A stretch of DNA of 64,000 nucleotides from a virus, in the IMG/VR virus record IMGVR_UViG_3300031576_000008, positions 32,001-96,000 of that record; one strand, written 5' to 3'. The notes under the pieces were generated by a model, which made no database searches, was not told the origin of the DNA, and saw only the letters and a program-made list of their open reading frames with translations. Each line of letters begins with the position of its first letter. Positions within the stretch are counted from its first letter, which is position 1. Made by a program: the position numbers and the translations under genes. Of the stretch, positions 38,643 to 46,736 are shown piece by piece.

Positions 38643-39890
38643 TTAGGTGCCCGAATGCCCCAGATCGCCGCTCGTGACGTGGTTGTGCTCGTATCCCTTG
38701 AGCGGGCACTTCTCGCCGCAGTCGGGCGTCAGGCTCAGGATTTCGGTGATCTTGACTTCTCCCTCCTTGGTCTGGCCTCCTTCCTCACTCTTGACCTCAT
38801 TCTTGTCGGAGGACGTCTCCGATTCGATCTCTCCCACGAGCACGTCGTTGGTCATGCTGGCCACGGACTCGACGATGGTCTGCTCGTGGACCGGCTTCTT
38901 GCATTCCGGGCAGTGGAAGGTCACGACTTCCTTCTCGCAGCCCTTGTTGTCGCACTGGAACAGGGCGCGTTTGGACTTGTCCGACGCGAAGACGCTCGGG
39001 TCCTGCGACCAGATCTCGTAGGCGTCCATGATGATCTTCTGCGGATCGCTCATGAACGCGTCGCTGACCTCGTCGTTCATCGACTCGACCTGATCGATGT
39101 GGTCCTCCGGGAAGAGGTGTTGCGATCCCTTCTCGAACTGCCCACGGCGGTTCCTCGACGAGCCCCTCCAGTCTTCTCCATGGCGGTAGCGGTCCGGCCA
39201 GTAGTTGTGGATTGTGGTGACCGGCTTGAGCTTGGCACAAGCGTCGCAGTTGCCGACGTGGAACCTCTGCTTCCATTCCTCGGGGAAGTCGTCGTCCCCG
39301 TCACAAGCCGAGAAGTCGAACACGTGGTCGGGGTTGATTGAGAAGCGGTTGCCCCGGATCGTGCCGTAGACCATGGGGTCGCAGGTCATGATCGTGAAGT
39401 CCCGGACGACGATGAAAAGGCCGTTGTTCTTCACCTCGTCCTTGTGATCGGTCCCGGAGTGCTCGGACGACCCGAACTTGGGATGGCTGTGAACGTCGCC
39501 GACGATTCCGCAGGCCTCTGCGGGGTGCATCTCCGGGTGGTAGCAGACGCCGCCGGCCGAGTCCCACTGCTCGGGGCAGATGAGCCCCCACTTCTCATTC
39601 CTGTACGTGAAGGCGATGAATCCCTCGCTCTTGTGCTCGTCGTAGCACCAGCGCAGGAACTTCAGGGCCTTCTTCCAGAGGGAGATCGGGATCGGCTTGA
39701 ACTTGATGTAGATCTCCTCCTCGACCTTCGGCTTGGACGCGTCCGCCTCGACCCTGTTCCAGCAGTGGTAGATTCCGTCCGCGATCTGCATGGCATTGGA
39801 AAAGAAATCGCCCTTGAACTTCACGACTCCCTTGTAGAGGTCATCCTCGTACTTCTGGAAGATGCCGTTCGAACCGACGATGAGGTCCAC
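38643..39890 (-). CDS. Prok-JAB metallopeptidase with zinc-ribbon tail
   Basis: E...GDVHSHP...HSGTD..DE. Confidence 0.8.
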   Translation of the reverse strand: MDLIVGSNGIFQKYEDDLYKGVVKFKGDFFSNAMQIADGIYHCWNRVEADASKPKVEEEIYIKFKPIPISLWKKALKFLRWCYDEHKSEGFIAFTYRNEKWGLICPEQWDSAGGVCYHPEMHPAEACGIVGDVHSHPKFGSSEHSGTDHKDEVKNNGLFIVVRDFTIMTCDPMVYGTIRGNRFSINPDHVFDFSACDGDDDFPEEWKQRFHVGNCDACAKLKPVTTIHNYWPDRYRHGEDWRGSSRNRRGQFEKGSQHLFPEDHIDQVESMNDEVSDAFMSDPQKIIMDAYEIWSQDPSVFASDKSKRALFQCDNKGCEKEVVTFHCPECKKPVHEQTIVESVASMTNDVLVGEIESETSSDKNEVKSEEGGQTKEGEVKITEILSLTPDCGEKCPLKGYEHNHVTSGDLGHSGT

Positions 39891-39913
39891 GTGTGCTCCT
39901 TTCAGGTTTGGTA

Positions 39914-40744
39914 TTAACGGCGACGCGGAGTGGACTGTATGAGCTTGCGGACGAGAAGACCCGTGACGTCCTCTTCCTGCTTGGCTTCAGGATCGGCATC
40001 GTCTTCATCGTTCCCGCACATGTGCGAGATCACTTCTGACAGCGTCCAGTCATCGAGCAACCATGGCAGCTTGAGGACGGCTCTGGGATCTCTCTTGGAG
40101 ATGATTTCCCAGCTCTGCAGGAAGCAGGCCGTCGGATCGCCGTTCTCGGTGGCGATTTCGCAGAACTCGGCGCACGTGTGCTTCCCGGCCTGTCTGACTT
40201 CGGCGTCCGGGATGTAATCGGCGAACTCGGTCATGTCGCTGGAGAAGTCCCGCGAGAGGAATGTATTCATGTACTGCTGGGCCGTCTCCATGATCGAGCC
40301 GCGCACGAGTCCCCGATTTTCTCCGATGCAGATGTGGCCGTAGTCTTCATAGCTGATGTTGGGCATGGGAAGCATGCCGACGAAATCGCGCAGAGACTTC
40401 AGCGGGGCATTGGCGCTCACAGCATGCGCCCTGACAAGCGATCTCTTGCGGAAATAGAAAAGCAGATAGCTGTGCGGCCAGACGAGCGAGTAGATGTGCC
40501 GTTTCCGGCTGTCGAGGTCGTTGTACCCGACCAGACGCAGCTTGGGGGACAGATAGGCCCCCAAGATCGTCTCCTCGCCGATGAGCGGCATGACGAATGC
40601 GCATCCCATCTCCGATGGCCAGAAGAACTGGCAGGTCTGCCCCGCCCCGACGATTTTCATGAAGTCCTTGGTCCTACCCTTGGCCGTGATCCTCCCTTCG
40701 ATGGTCATCCATTCGCCGTTCTTGATGAAGATCATCTGATCCAT
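39914..40744 (-). CDS. prokaryotic E2-like protein (Prok-E2_D/PRTRC-B-like)
   Basis: PMPNI....GHICIG; operon context. Confidence 0.65.
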   Translation of the reverse strand: MDQMIFIKNGEWMTIEGRITAKGRTKDFMKIVGAGQTCQFFWPSEMGCAFVMPLIGEETILGAYLSPKLRLVGYNDLDSRKRHIYSLVWPHSYLLFYFRKRSLVRAHAVSANAPLKSLRDFVGMLPMPNISYEDYGHICIGENRGLVRGSIMETAQQYMNTFLSRDFSSDMTEFADYIPDAEVRQAGKHTCAEFCEIATENGDPTACFLQSWEIISKRDPRAVLKLPWLLDDWTLSEVISHMCGNDEDDADPEAKQEEDVTGLLVRKLIQSTPRRR

Positions 40745-40754
40745 GCAGGTCCTC

Positions 40755-41018
40755 CTACGGCCGTTGCATCCGCGCGGCCGTCTGAATCTCGGTGAGCAAT
40801 TCCTGCATCTGGGTCAAGTCCGCCGATGCCCCCAAATACTGGTTCTTGATCAGCCAGTCCCTCTGCAGGTCGAGGATCTGGGCGCGGACGATCCCGAGGT
40901 TGGCATTCGTGATCATCCGTCCCGGGTCCCGCAGGACCTGTTCAAGCGTCACCATCTGCCTCCCGCGCTGCCGCACGAGCGCCGACCAGAGGGTGCGAAA
41001 AGCGATGTCATCGCTCAT
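40755..41018 (-). CDS. small helical hypothetical protein
   Basis: Between the E2 paralogs, GGAGG RBS. Confidence 0.55.
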   Translation of the reverse strand: MSDDIAFRTLWSALVRQRGRQMVTLEQVLRDPGRMITNANLGIVRAQILDLQRDWLIKNQYLGASADLTQMQELLTEIQTAARMQRP

Positions 41019-41750
41019 CTAGGCCTCCTCTTCCTTGATGTTCCAGAGCTCCCGGATGATCGACTCCAGCGTGTGCTCCACGTGCCAATCGAGCGCGAGG
41101 ATTCCGTCCATCCCCTTCTCATCGGAGTACTTCTGCCACTTATCGAGCATCTCCTCGTTGGCCTTGTAGAAGTCGTTCCGCCAGAGCTTCTGATCCGGCT
41201 GGATCTCCTTGGGCACGAGGGTGAAGTGGTTGTTGATGTGGGCGGTGAACTCGCTCGTGAGGAAGTACTTGAGGTACGAGCCCGCCGTCTCGGCCGGATC
41301 CTGCGTGATCGGCCACATGGCCCGGGTGCCCGTGCAGATGTGCCCGTAGGGCAGCGACAGGTTCGGGAGGGCCGCCATCCCGAGCTGGTCCTTCATGCTC
41401 ATGATCTTCTTCTTGGCCACGAGCGCATAGCCGTTTTCGATCGCGCCCCCACGGAAGAAGAGCGCGATGTACATGTGCGGCATGATGATCGAATAGGCCG
41501 TGCGTGCGTTCGTGTTCTCGTTCAGGTACTGAATGACCCGCTTCTTGGGCTCCATGTACATCAGGAAGAAGCGGCGACGGTCGTGCTGCCCGAACGCGGC
41601 GCAGCCGGCATCGCCGTACGGCAGGAAGACCGGGGCGAAGCTGAACCGGTTCTGCAGGGACTTGAGGAGTTCGCTCATCGGCCCGTTCGCCACGATGCGT
41701 CCTTCGAGCGCGTACCACATGCCATCGCGCGCGAAGAGGATCTGTTCCAT
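41019..41750 (-). CDS. prokaryotic E2-like protein (paralog of 39914-40744)
   Basis: ALPNL...GHICTG; N-terminus MEQILFARDG..EGRI parallels MDQMIFIKNG..EGRI. Confidence 0.65.
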   Translation of the reverse strand: MEQILFARDGMWYALEGRIVANGPMSELLKSLQNRFSFAPVFLPYGDAGCAAFGQHDRRRFFLMYMEPKKRVIQYLNENTNARTAYSIIMPHMYIALFFRGGAIENGYALVAKKKIMSMKDQLGMAALPNLSLPYGHICTGTRAMWPITQDPAETAGSYLKYFLTSEFTAHINNHFTLVPKEIQPDQKLWRNDFYKANEEMLDKWQKYSDEKGMDGILALDWHVEHTLESIIRELWNIKEEEA

Positions 41751-41784
41751 GATGGGTCCTTTCGTATGGGTTTTTAAGGGGAAT

Positions 41785-41988
41785 GCTTCCATGCTTGGAG
41801 ATCCGGGTTTCCAACGGTCTGGACTCCAGATCCCAGTCGAAGAGAGCGGCTGTATGCGACCGGAGACTGGGATCTGGAGTCCAGTCCGGTGGAAACGGAG
41901 GATCTTCCCCCATCTTCAGCCGCATGAGCGAGAACCAATCAGGCGGTGCGCCTGACGTGCTCTTTGTGCAAGAGCGTGCCATGGAAGC
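41785..41988 (-). ncRNA. retron-like msr-msd unit D1
   Basis: a1/a2 41980-41988/41785-41793; G|CAC; GGCG-CAC-CGCC hairpin 41939-41955 plus UUGGUU; 20-bp perfect IR 41819-41838/41865-41884. Confidence 0.8.
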
Positions 41989-42027
41989 TTGTGATGATCA
42001 GGCGGGCATCCATCGGATGCCCTCAAG

Positions 42028-42271
42028 CCGGAAAGCAATACTGAAGGCGGAGAAACACCGAGGCGTCAGCGCCGAGGTCTTCTCACGGGATTGCCCCGTG
42101 AGGATTCTCGCGTCCTACTGGTCTACTGCGTATCGTGCAATTCCGTGAGAAGATCGAGGCGATGTCGCCGGGGTGTTTCGCAGCCGAGCTCTTCTTCACT
42201 GGATGCACGTCATTCCAACCGGTCGGATCAACCGGCCTCGCCATACAGCGCGATGTGCTAAAGCTTTCCGG
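42028..42271 (-). ncRNA. retron-like msr-msd unit D2
   Basis: a1/a2 42263-42271/42028-42036; UUA|GCAC; triloop hairpin 42219-42235 plus UUGGAA; msd hairpin 42051-42179. Confidence 0.75.
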
Positions 42272-42278
42272 GTACTAC

Positions 42279-42560
42279 TCCTTCATGCTTGAACCCCAGC
42301 ACGGCGGGACATCGCCGTGCCGAGGACGGATTCGGAGCCCTGTTCTTCAGGGGTCAGGGGTCCCCTAAGAACAGGGGCAGTAGCGGAGAACCCACAGGGC
42401 GGGCAGGCGGCCCTTCCGGGCCGCCTGCCGTCCGTTCTCGGCCGGAGATGTCCGGCGGTGCGGGGTTCTTCAGCTGCTTCGTGGCATTGGGTCACGAACC
42501 AGCCCGACGATGCGCCGGGCCATCCGCATGGATCGCTCCATGCAGCCAGTCCATGAAGGA
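42279..42560 (-). ncRNA. retron-like msr-msd unit D3
   Basis: a1/a2 42552-42560/42279-42287; GGCG-CAU-CGUC hairpin 42501-42521 plus GGUU; branched msd 42291-42468. Confidence 0.75.
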
Positions 42561-42793
42561 AACTTTCACGCTTCGTAATGTACCGGTAGACTGCTTCTGA
42601 GACAGCCTGTAGTCCTGTCCGGCGATGCACCGGACATGGGATGAAGCATCCTATCGATTGCCGTCCCACCCGAGCCGTGCCCTGCTTCAACCAATTTAAG
42701 TGACATTTCAAATACTCAGACATTCAACTGATTCGCCATTGTGGGCACCGGACGGCAACGTCACGAATGCAATCAACCCGTGCCGTGAAAGTT
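42561..42793 (-). ncRNA. retron-like msr-msd unit D4
   Basis: 10-bp a1/a2 42784-42793/42561-42570 overlapping the RT stop codon; G|CAC; GGUG-CAU-CGCC hairpin 42616-42636. Confidence 0.7.
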
Positions 42794-43787
42794 AGATCGT
42801 TAGCCTTGCGTCGATGATCGCTTCAGCAGCCAAGAGGTCCTTCGAGTACTTGTCGAAGTACTTCGGATTGATATGTCGTGCGAACGAGAACCAGCCTTTG
42901 AGGCTCGTGAGCTCGTTCTTGAGCTCCTTCCAGTCGGTGACGGCCTTGCCCTCCTTGTTGACGCCGAGAACCGCCGCCTTCTTGATCTGATTGACGGCGG
43001 CGCGATGATTCCTCCTCGCATCACGCGGGATGTTGAGCTTCTCGTTGATGACGATGCCACAGAGGATCTGCCGCCCGCTCTTCTTGCGCATGACGTGGAA
43101 CTTCGCGCGGTTGAGCTTGAATCCGTTGGCTTCGATGATCCGGCAGAGTCCTCCGACGATGCCGACGACCTTGTGCTTGTTGGATGAGAAGGCCAGATTG
43201 TCGGCGTAGCGCGTGTAGCGCCCGTCCTCCGGGCACTGCTCGCGCATGAACTTGGCCAGCTTGAAGTCGATGATCTTGAATGCCATGTTCGCAAGAAACG
43301 GCGAGAGCGCGCTTCCCTGCGGCAGGCCCAGCTTGAACATGTCCAAGGGTGACGGGATGAACGCGAACTGGATCAGGCCCAAGGGCGGCGGAATGTCGAG
43401 AATCCTCTTCCCCGTGACGGCCTCGGTCGGGAAGATCTTGAACCGCGTCTCCAGTTCTGCAGGCGTCAGGTTCTCCGCCTCCCATGCCCGCTTGACGTGC
43501 TCGGGCGTGACGTTCGGGAAGAAGTCCTTGATGTCCAGATGCACGATGAAGTTCCGCCCGACGTGGGCGGAGGCGTGCTCCTTGATGCCCTTGTTGCGCA
43601 CGAAGCCTGTGGCGTAGGGACCGGCACCGATCCCGGTGCGGTACTCGTTGTACAGCAGCTGACGCTGCTTCATCTTGAGGTCGTCGTCAGGCGCGTGGAT
43701 GATGCGCAGTCCGCCGCTCGCCTTGGGAATGACGATCCGCTTGTAGCGCTTCTCCATCAAACGGCAGGCAGCCATGAGCTCTTCCAT
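42792..43787 (-). CDS. retron-like reverse transcriptase (YADN variant)
   Basis: IPKASGGLRII.AP, GF....I..HA..H, LDIKDFF, LPQGS.LSP.LAN, YTRYADN, QILCGIVIN (VTG-like region Y); no maturase or endonuclease domain. Confidence 0.9.
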   Translation of the reverse strand: MEELMAACRLMEKRYKRIVIPKASGGLRIIHAPDDDLKMKQRQLLYNEYRTGIGAGPYATGFVRNKGIKEHASAHVGRNFIVHLDIKDFFPNVTPEHVKRAWEAENLTPAELETRFKIFPTEAVTGKRILDIPPPLGLIQFAFIPSPLDMFKLGLPQGSALSPFLANMAFKIIDFKLAKFMREQCPEDGRYTRYADNLAFSSNKHKVVGIVGGLCRIIEANGFKLNRAKFHVMRKKSGRQILCGIVINEKLNIPRDARRNHRAAVNQIKKAAVLGVNKEGKAVTDWKELKNELTSLKGWFSFARHINPKYFDKYSKDLLAAEAIIDARLTI

Positions 43788-43907
43788 GATCTCTCCCCCA
43801 TCCGGGCGGTTCGCCCGGGTCAAATAATTCGGTCCATCTGGCGACGAATTTCTTCGTATTTGCCTCCTAAAGATGCTTTAGGGGCCCTTTTTGGGCCCGC
43901 TGGACAA

Positions 43908-43946
43908 CAAAAAAGGCCGCTAGGAGGAGTTCCCAGCGGCCTTCTT
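43908..43946 (-). terminator. intrinsic terminator upstream of the RT
   Basis: AAGGCCGCTGGG/CCTAGCGGCCTTTTTT on minus strand. Confidence 0.6.
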
Positions 43947-43971
43947 GTTGCGACCCTTCCCGTTTCCCGGT

Positions 43972-44523
43972 CTACAGACCGATCGACTGCTCTTCGTACT
44001 TCTTCTTGGCGTACTCGAATCCTTCGACGTCGTCGCTGAAGACGACGAGTCCATGCGAGAACCCGAAGCTCTTGGTCCAGCCCAAGAAGAAGTCGCCCTT
44101 CATCGGGTTGAGCATTTCAGGCTTGAACTCGGTCCGCTTGATGTGGCGGATGTCTTTGTCCTTGAAGACCTCCGCGAAGTCGGCTTCGGCCGGCGGATTC
44201 TTCATGTGCCAGTCCTCGAAGTCCTTGCGCGAGAACTCCGAGCGTTCTGGGTGGATGGCTCCGTAATTCGCGATGGTCCGCCAGAGGAAGAGCCGCGCGC
44301 TCCTCCCATAGACCTCGACATCATGGGCCCCGGACTCCAGCGTCTCGAGACTCGTGTTGACCGATCCGACGAGGTCGGGCGCGCACCAGAGATCGGGGTT
44401 GCCCTTGACACCTTCGGTATTGTTCCACTTCTCGTCGGCCCATTCTTCCACGCTCTTGTGGAAGTAGACGAACGGCCAGTCATGCTTCGATGACAGGTCG
44501 TCGCGCGAGACCAGATGAATCAT
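43972..44523 (-). CDS. hypothetical protein
   Basis: AGGAG RBS before MIHLV. Confidence 0.6.
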   Translation of the reverse strand: MIHLVSRDDLSSKHDWPFVYFHKSVEEWADEKWNNTEGVKGNPDLWCAPDLVGSVNTSLETLESGAHDVEVYGRSARLFLWRTIANYGAIHPERSEFSRKDFEDWHMKNPPAEADFAEVFKDKDIRHIKRTEFKPEMLNPMKGDFFLGWTKSFGFSHGLVVFSDDVEGFEYAKKKYEEQSIGL

Positions 44524-44558
44524 GCGCTCTCCTAGTTTCCCTTCCCATTCGTTCCCGG

Positions 44559-44747
44559 TCATTCCGCACACGCTGCAATCGTCTCGATCACCTTCAAGTG
44601 CTCTTCCGGTGACATCCTCTCCCGGCATTTCTGGCAGTTCGTGACGTGCCGCATCAGATGCTTGAGCTCATCCTCGGACAGGGTCCCCAGCTTTTCCTGA
44701 CACTTCGTCAGGACCGTGGCCTTGGTGCAATCCATTCCTCTCTCCAC
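44559..44747 (-). CDS. small protein with zf-HC2-like H...C..C motif
   Basis: HVTNCQKC. Confidence 0.45.
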   Translation of the reverse strand: MERGMDCTKATVLTKCQEKLGTLSEDELKHLMRHVTNCQKCRERMSPEEHLKVIETIAACAE

Positions 44748-44762
44748 CTCTCCATGCTTGGA

Positions 44763-45152
44763 TCAAACGACCGTCTCCTCAAATCTCCTGCTCCATTCCA
44801 ACCATGCGAACGTCCGGCATCCCAGACAGCTCTTCACGTGGACTGTCGGCAGCCAGTCATTCGCGTCCTGCTGCAGATGGGCGATCTCCGACACCGAGAG
44901 ACACTCGGACCCCATGGTGTAGGAATGTGTCAGATCCGGCAGCCGCTTCTTCAGCTCGTTTTCGATCTTGGGCAGGCGCTTGGCCCGCTCTTTGTCGAAG
45001 GAGTAAAAGAAGGCGACGAGCTTCTCAAGAAACTCCTTGGCCTTCAAGGTCTTTTCCTTGTCGTAGTGCTGCCGGATCGTGGGGTTGTACTTGAGCGCCT
45101 CTGCCATGAGATCGTATTCGCTCTTCGAGAAATGTCGTTTCCTGTCGCTCAT
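44763..45152 (-). CDS. hypothetical protein with C-terminal H...C..C motif
   Basis: GGAGG RBS; HVKSCLGC. Confidence 0.55.
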   Translation of the reverse strand: MSDRKRHFSKSEYDLMAEALKYNPTIRQHYDKEKTLKAKEFLEKLVAFFYSFDKERAKRLPKIENELKKRLPDLTHSYTMGSECLSVSEIAHLQQDANDWLPTVHVKSCLGCRTFAWLEWSRRFEETVV

Positions 45153-45253
45153 GGGTTTCCTCCGAAGCCTTCTTCCGCTCGTAGAAATCGAACATCAACG
45201 CGGCGAACCACCGCGTCCACGGATCGGATCCGTTGGGGTCCAAGGCTTCTTGA

Positions 45254-45442
45254 CTAGCTTCCGAGTTCCTGCTTGCGTTTCTGGGCCGTCCGTTCCCAGC
45301 GCCGACGCGTCTTCTCGCTGGCGAAGGGATACTCGCGCCCCTCTTGGAGGAGCTTGCAGATCTCCTCGTCCGAGGCCGCCGCCCGCAGCTTGGAATAGAT
45401 CCCATCCGTGCGCGACTCCGAGCGTTTGCATTTCACGTTCAT
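45254..45442 (-). CDS. small hypothetical protein
   Basis: ATGA coupling, GGAGG RBS. Confidence 0.45.
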   Translation of the reverse strand: MNVKCKRSESRTDGIYSKLRAAASDEEICKLLQEGREYPFASEKTRRRWERTAQKRKQELGS

Positions 45443-45852
45443 GAGGAGTTCCTCCAGTCGTCTTCGCTGAACACCTTCTGGCCTATGGCTTCTTCGATCT
45501 TGCGCATGAGCTCGCTGCGCATGGTTCCGATGACCGACTCCGTCTCCGACATCAGGTCCCGGATCTTCCCGATGCGCGCGTCCACCAGCTCCAACGCCAT
45601 CTCTCCAAGCATCCGGTCGTGCTGCTTGTCCCATTCCTCGCAGACCTCGAGGATCGGTATCTCGACCCCATTCCAAAGGAGCTGGACTTCGCACTTGCCT
45701 TCTTTCCAGTCGACCATCAGCTTGTCGTCATCCTGCACGCTACGTTTTCTGATCTTCGTCATCGCGTTGAGTAGCATGTGCTCGAACATCCCCTTTCCGC
45801 CCGTGGGCGGATTCCTGAACCATTCCGTTACTTCCTTCGGGTCGAACTTCAT
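45439..45852 (-). CDS. hypothetical protein
   Basis: AGGAG RBS. Confidence 0.6.
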   Translation of the reverse strand: MKFDPKEVTEWFRNPPTGGKGMFEHMLLNAMTKIRKRSVQDDDKLMVDWKEGKCEVQLLWNGVEIPILEVCEEWDKQHDRMLGEMALELVDARIGKIRDLMSETESVIGTMRSELMRKIEEAIGQKVFSEDDWRNSS

Positions 45853-45868
45853 GGGTTGCGTCTCCTCG

Positions 45869-46024
45869 CTAGAATCCGTGTGCCTTCTTCTCGCATTCCT
45901 TCGAGCAGAACACCTCCTCGAGTGCGACGAAGATCTTGCAGTTGGGACCGCCGCATTTGACGAGCTTCTTCGTCTCGTCCTTGGCGGACACTTTCTGCTT
46001 CTCGTCGGGCTGGGTGCGCATCAT
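45869..46024 (-). CDS. 51-aa zinc-ribbon protein
   Basis: Manual translation ...CGGPNC...FCSKEC; GAGG RBS. Confidence 0.5.
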   Translation of the reverse strand: MMRTQPDEKQKVSAKDETKKLVKCGGPNCKIFVALEEVFCSKECEKKAHGF

Positions 46025-46082
46025 GGTTCCTCTCTGGTTGTCTGCCTCTCTCGGACATAGCGGTCGTGGTTCTCCTTTCAGA

Positions 46083-46571
46083 TCAAGATACGTTTCGGCG
46101 TGCGGGCCGGCCGCTGGCCTCGAGCCACTTCTCGTTTACATGCTTGCACTGGTAATTGTCCGTCTCTTCCCAGTCGAGCGCCTGCAGCAACGACCACGGC
46201 CCTTCGTCAAACGGTATGAAGCTTGGGCCCACTTCCCATGTGACGCGGCGGCATGCCCATCCGCTTTCTCCGTTCGGCCGCCACGCGGGACCCTTGAGCA
46301 GCACCAGCGTGTTGTGTCCTTCGACCACCGGCAGCTTGGCCGAAAGGATCTTGTTCACCCACGTCTCGTTGAAGTACCGACGGACGCCGAATTCGATGTA
46401 CGTCCTGACCAGCCGGATTTCGTCATCTGTCGGCATCGTCGACTCCACGTCGATCGAGACGGTCGGGCGCTCGAACATGATGGCCGCGAACGTGCAGATG
46501 CCAAGCCCGCGCCCTTTTGTCACTGGCACCTTGAACGACTCAATGTGCTGGACCTGTTCCTGAGTAAGCAT
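46083..46571 (-). CDS. hypothetical protein
   Basis: AAGGAG RBS before MLTQE. Confidence 0.6.
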   Translation of the reverse strand: MLTQEQVQHIESFKVPVTKGRGLGICTFAAIMFERPTVSIDVESTMPTDDEIRLVRTYIEFGVRRYFNETWVNKILSAKLPVVEGHNTLVLLKGPAWRPNGESGWACRRVTWEVGPSFIPFDEGPWSLLQALDWEETDNYQCKHVNEKWLEASGRPARRNVS

Positions 46572-46595
46572 CGTTCTCCTTTTCTCAAAAAGTGC

Positions 46596-46733
46596 GAAAC
46601 CTTGCTTGGCCGCAGGGTATTCCCCGAATACCCAAGGCCCGTGCCCTGAACGGCTAGAGAGATGTCCGGCGCGGCGAATCACCGCGCCTGCTCCGGATGC
46701 CAAATCGCATCCGATGAGCGGTGCCAAGGCTTC
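46596..46733 (-). ncRNA. dispersed retron-like msr-msd unit U6
   Basis: a1/a2 GAAGCCUUG/CAAGGUUUC; G|CAC at 46724; CAAG before a2; GGUG-AUU-CGCC hairpin 46668-46688. Confidence 0.7.
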
Positions 46734-46736
46734 TAG

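Noticed and set aside
41849-42249. Long-range pairing GCTGTATG/CATACAGC suggesting one ornate 1-kb RNA
   Set aside because: The modular four-unit model explains the region better; an 8-bp match may be chance.
41783-42723. Short ORFs over the array in the ORF track
   Set aside because: No RBS, atypical codon use, and they overlap dense inverted repeats.
41785-43787. RT as part of a DGR or group II intron
   Set aside because: No TR/VR pair differing at adenines, no Avd-like gene, no maturase or endonuclease domain, and no domain V or GUGYG boundary seen; motifs are retron-like.
45901-45921. Additional AACAC pentaloop hairpin
   Set aside because: Lies inside a small zinc-ribbon CDS and has a stem mismatch; not counted.
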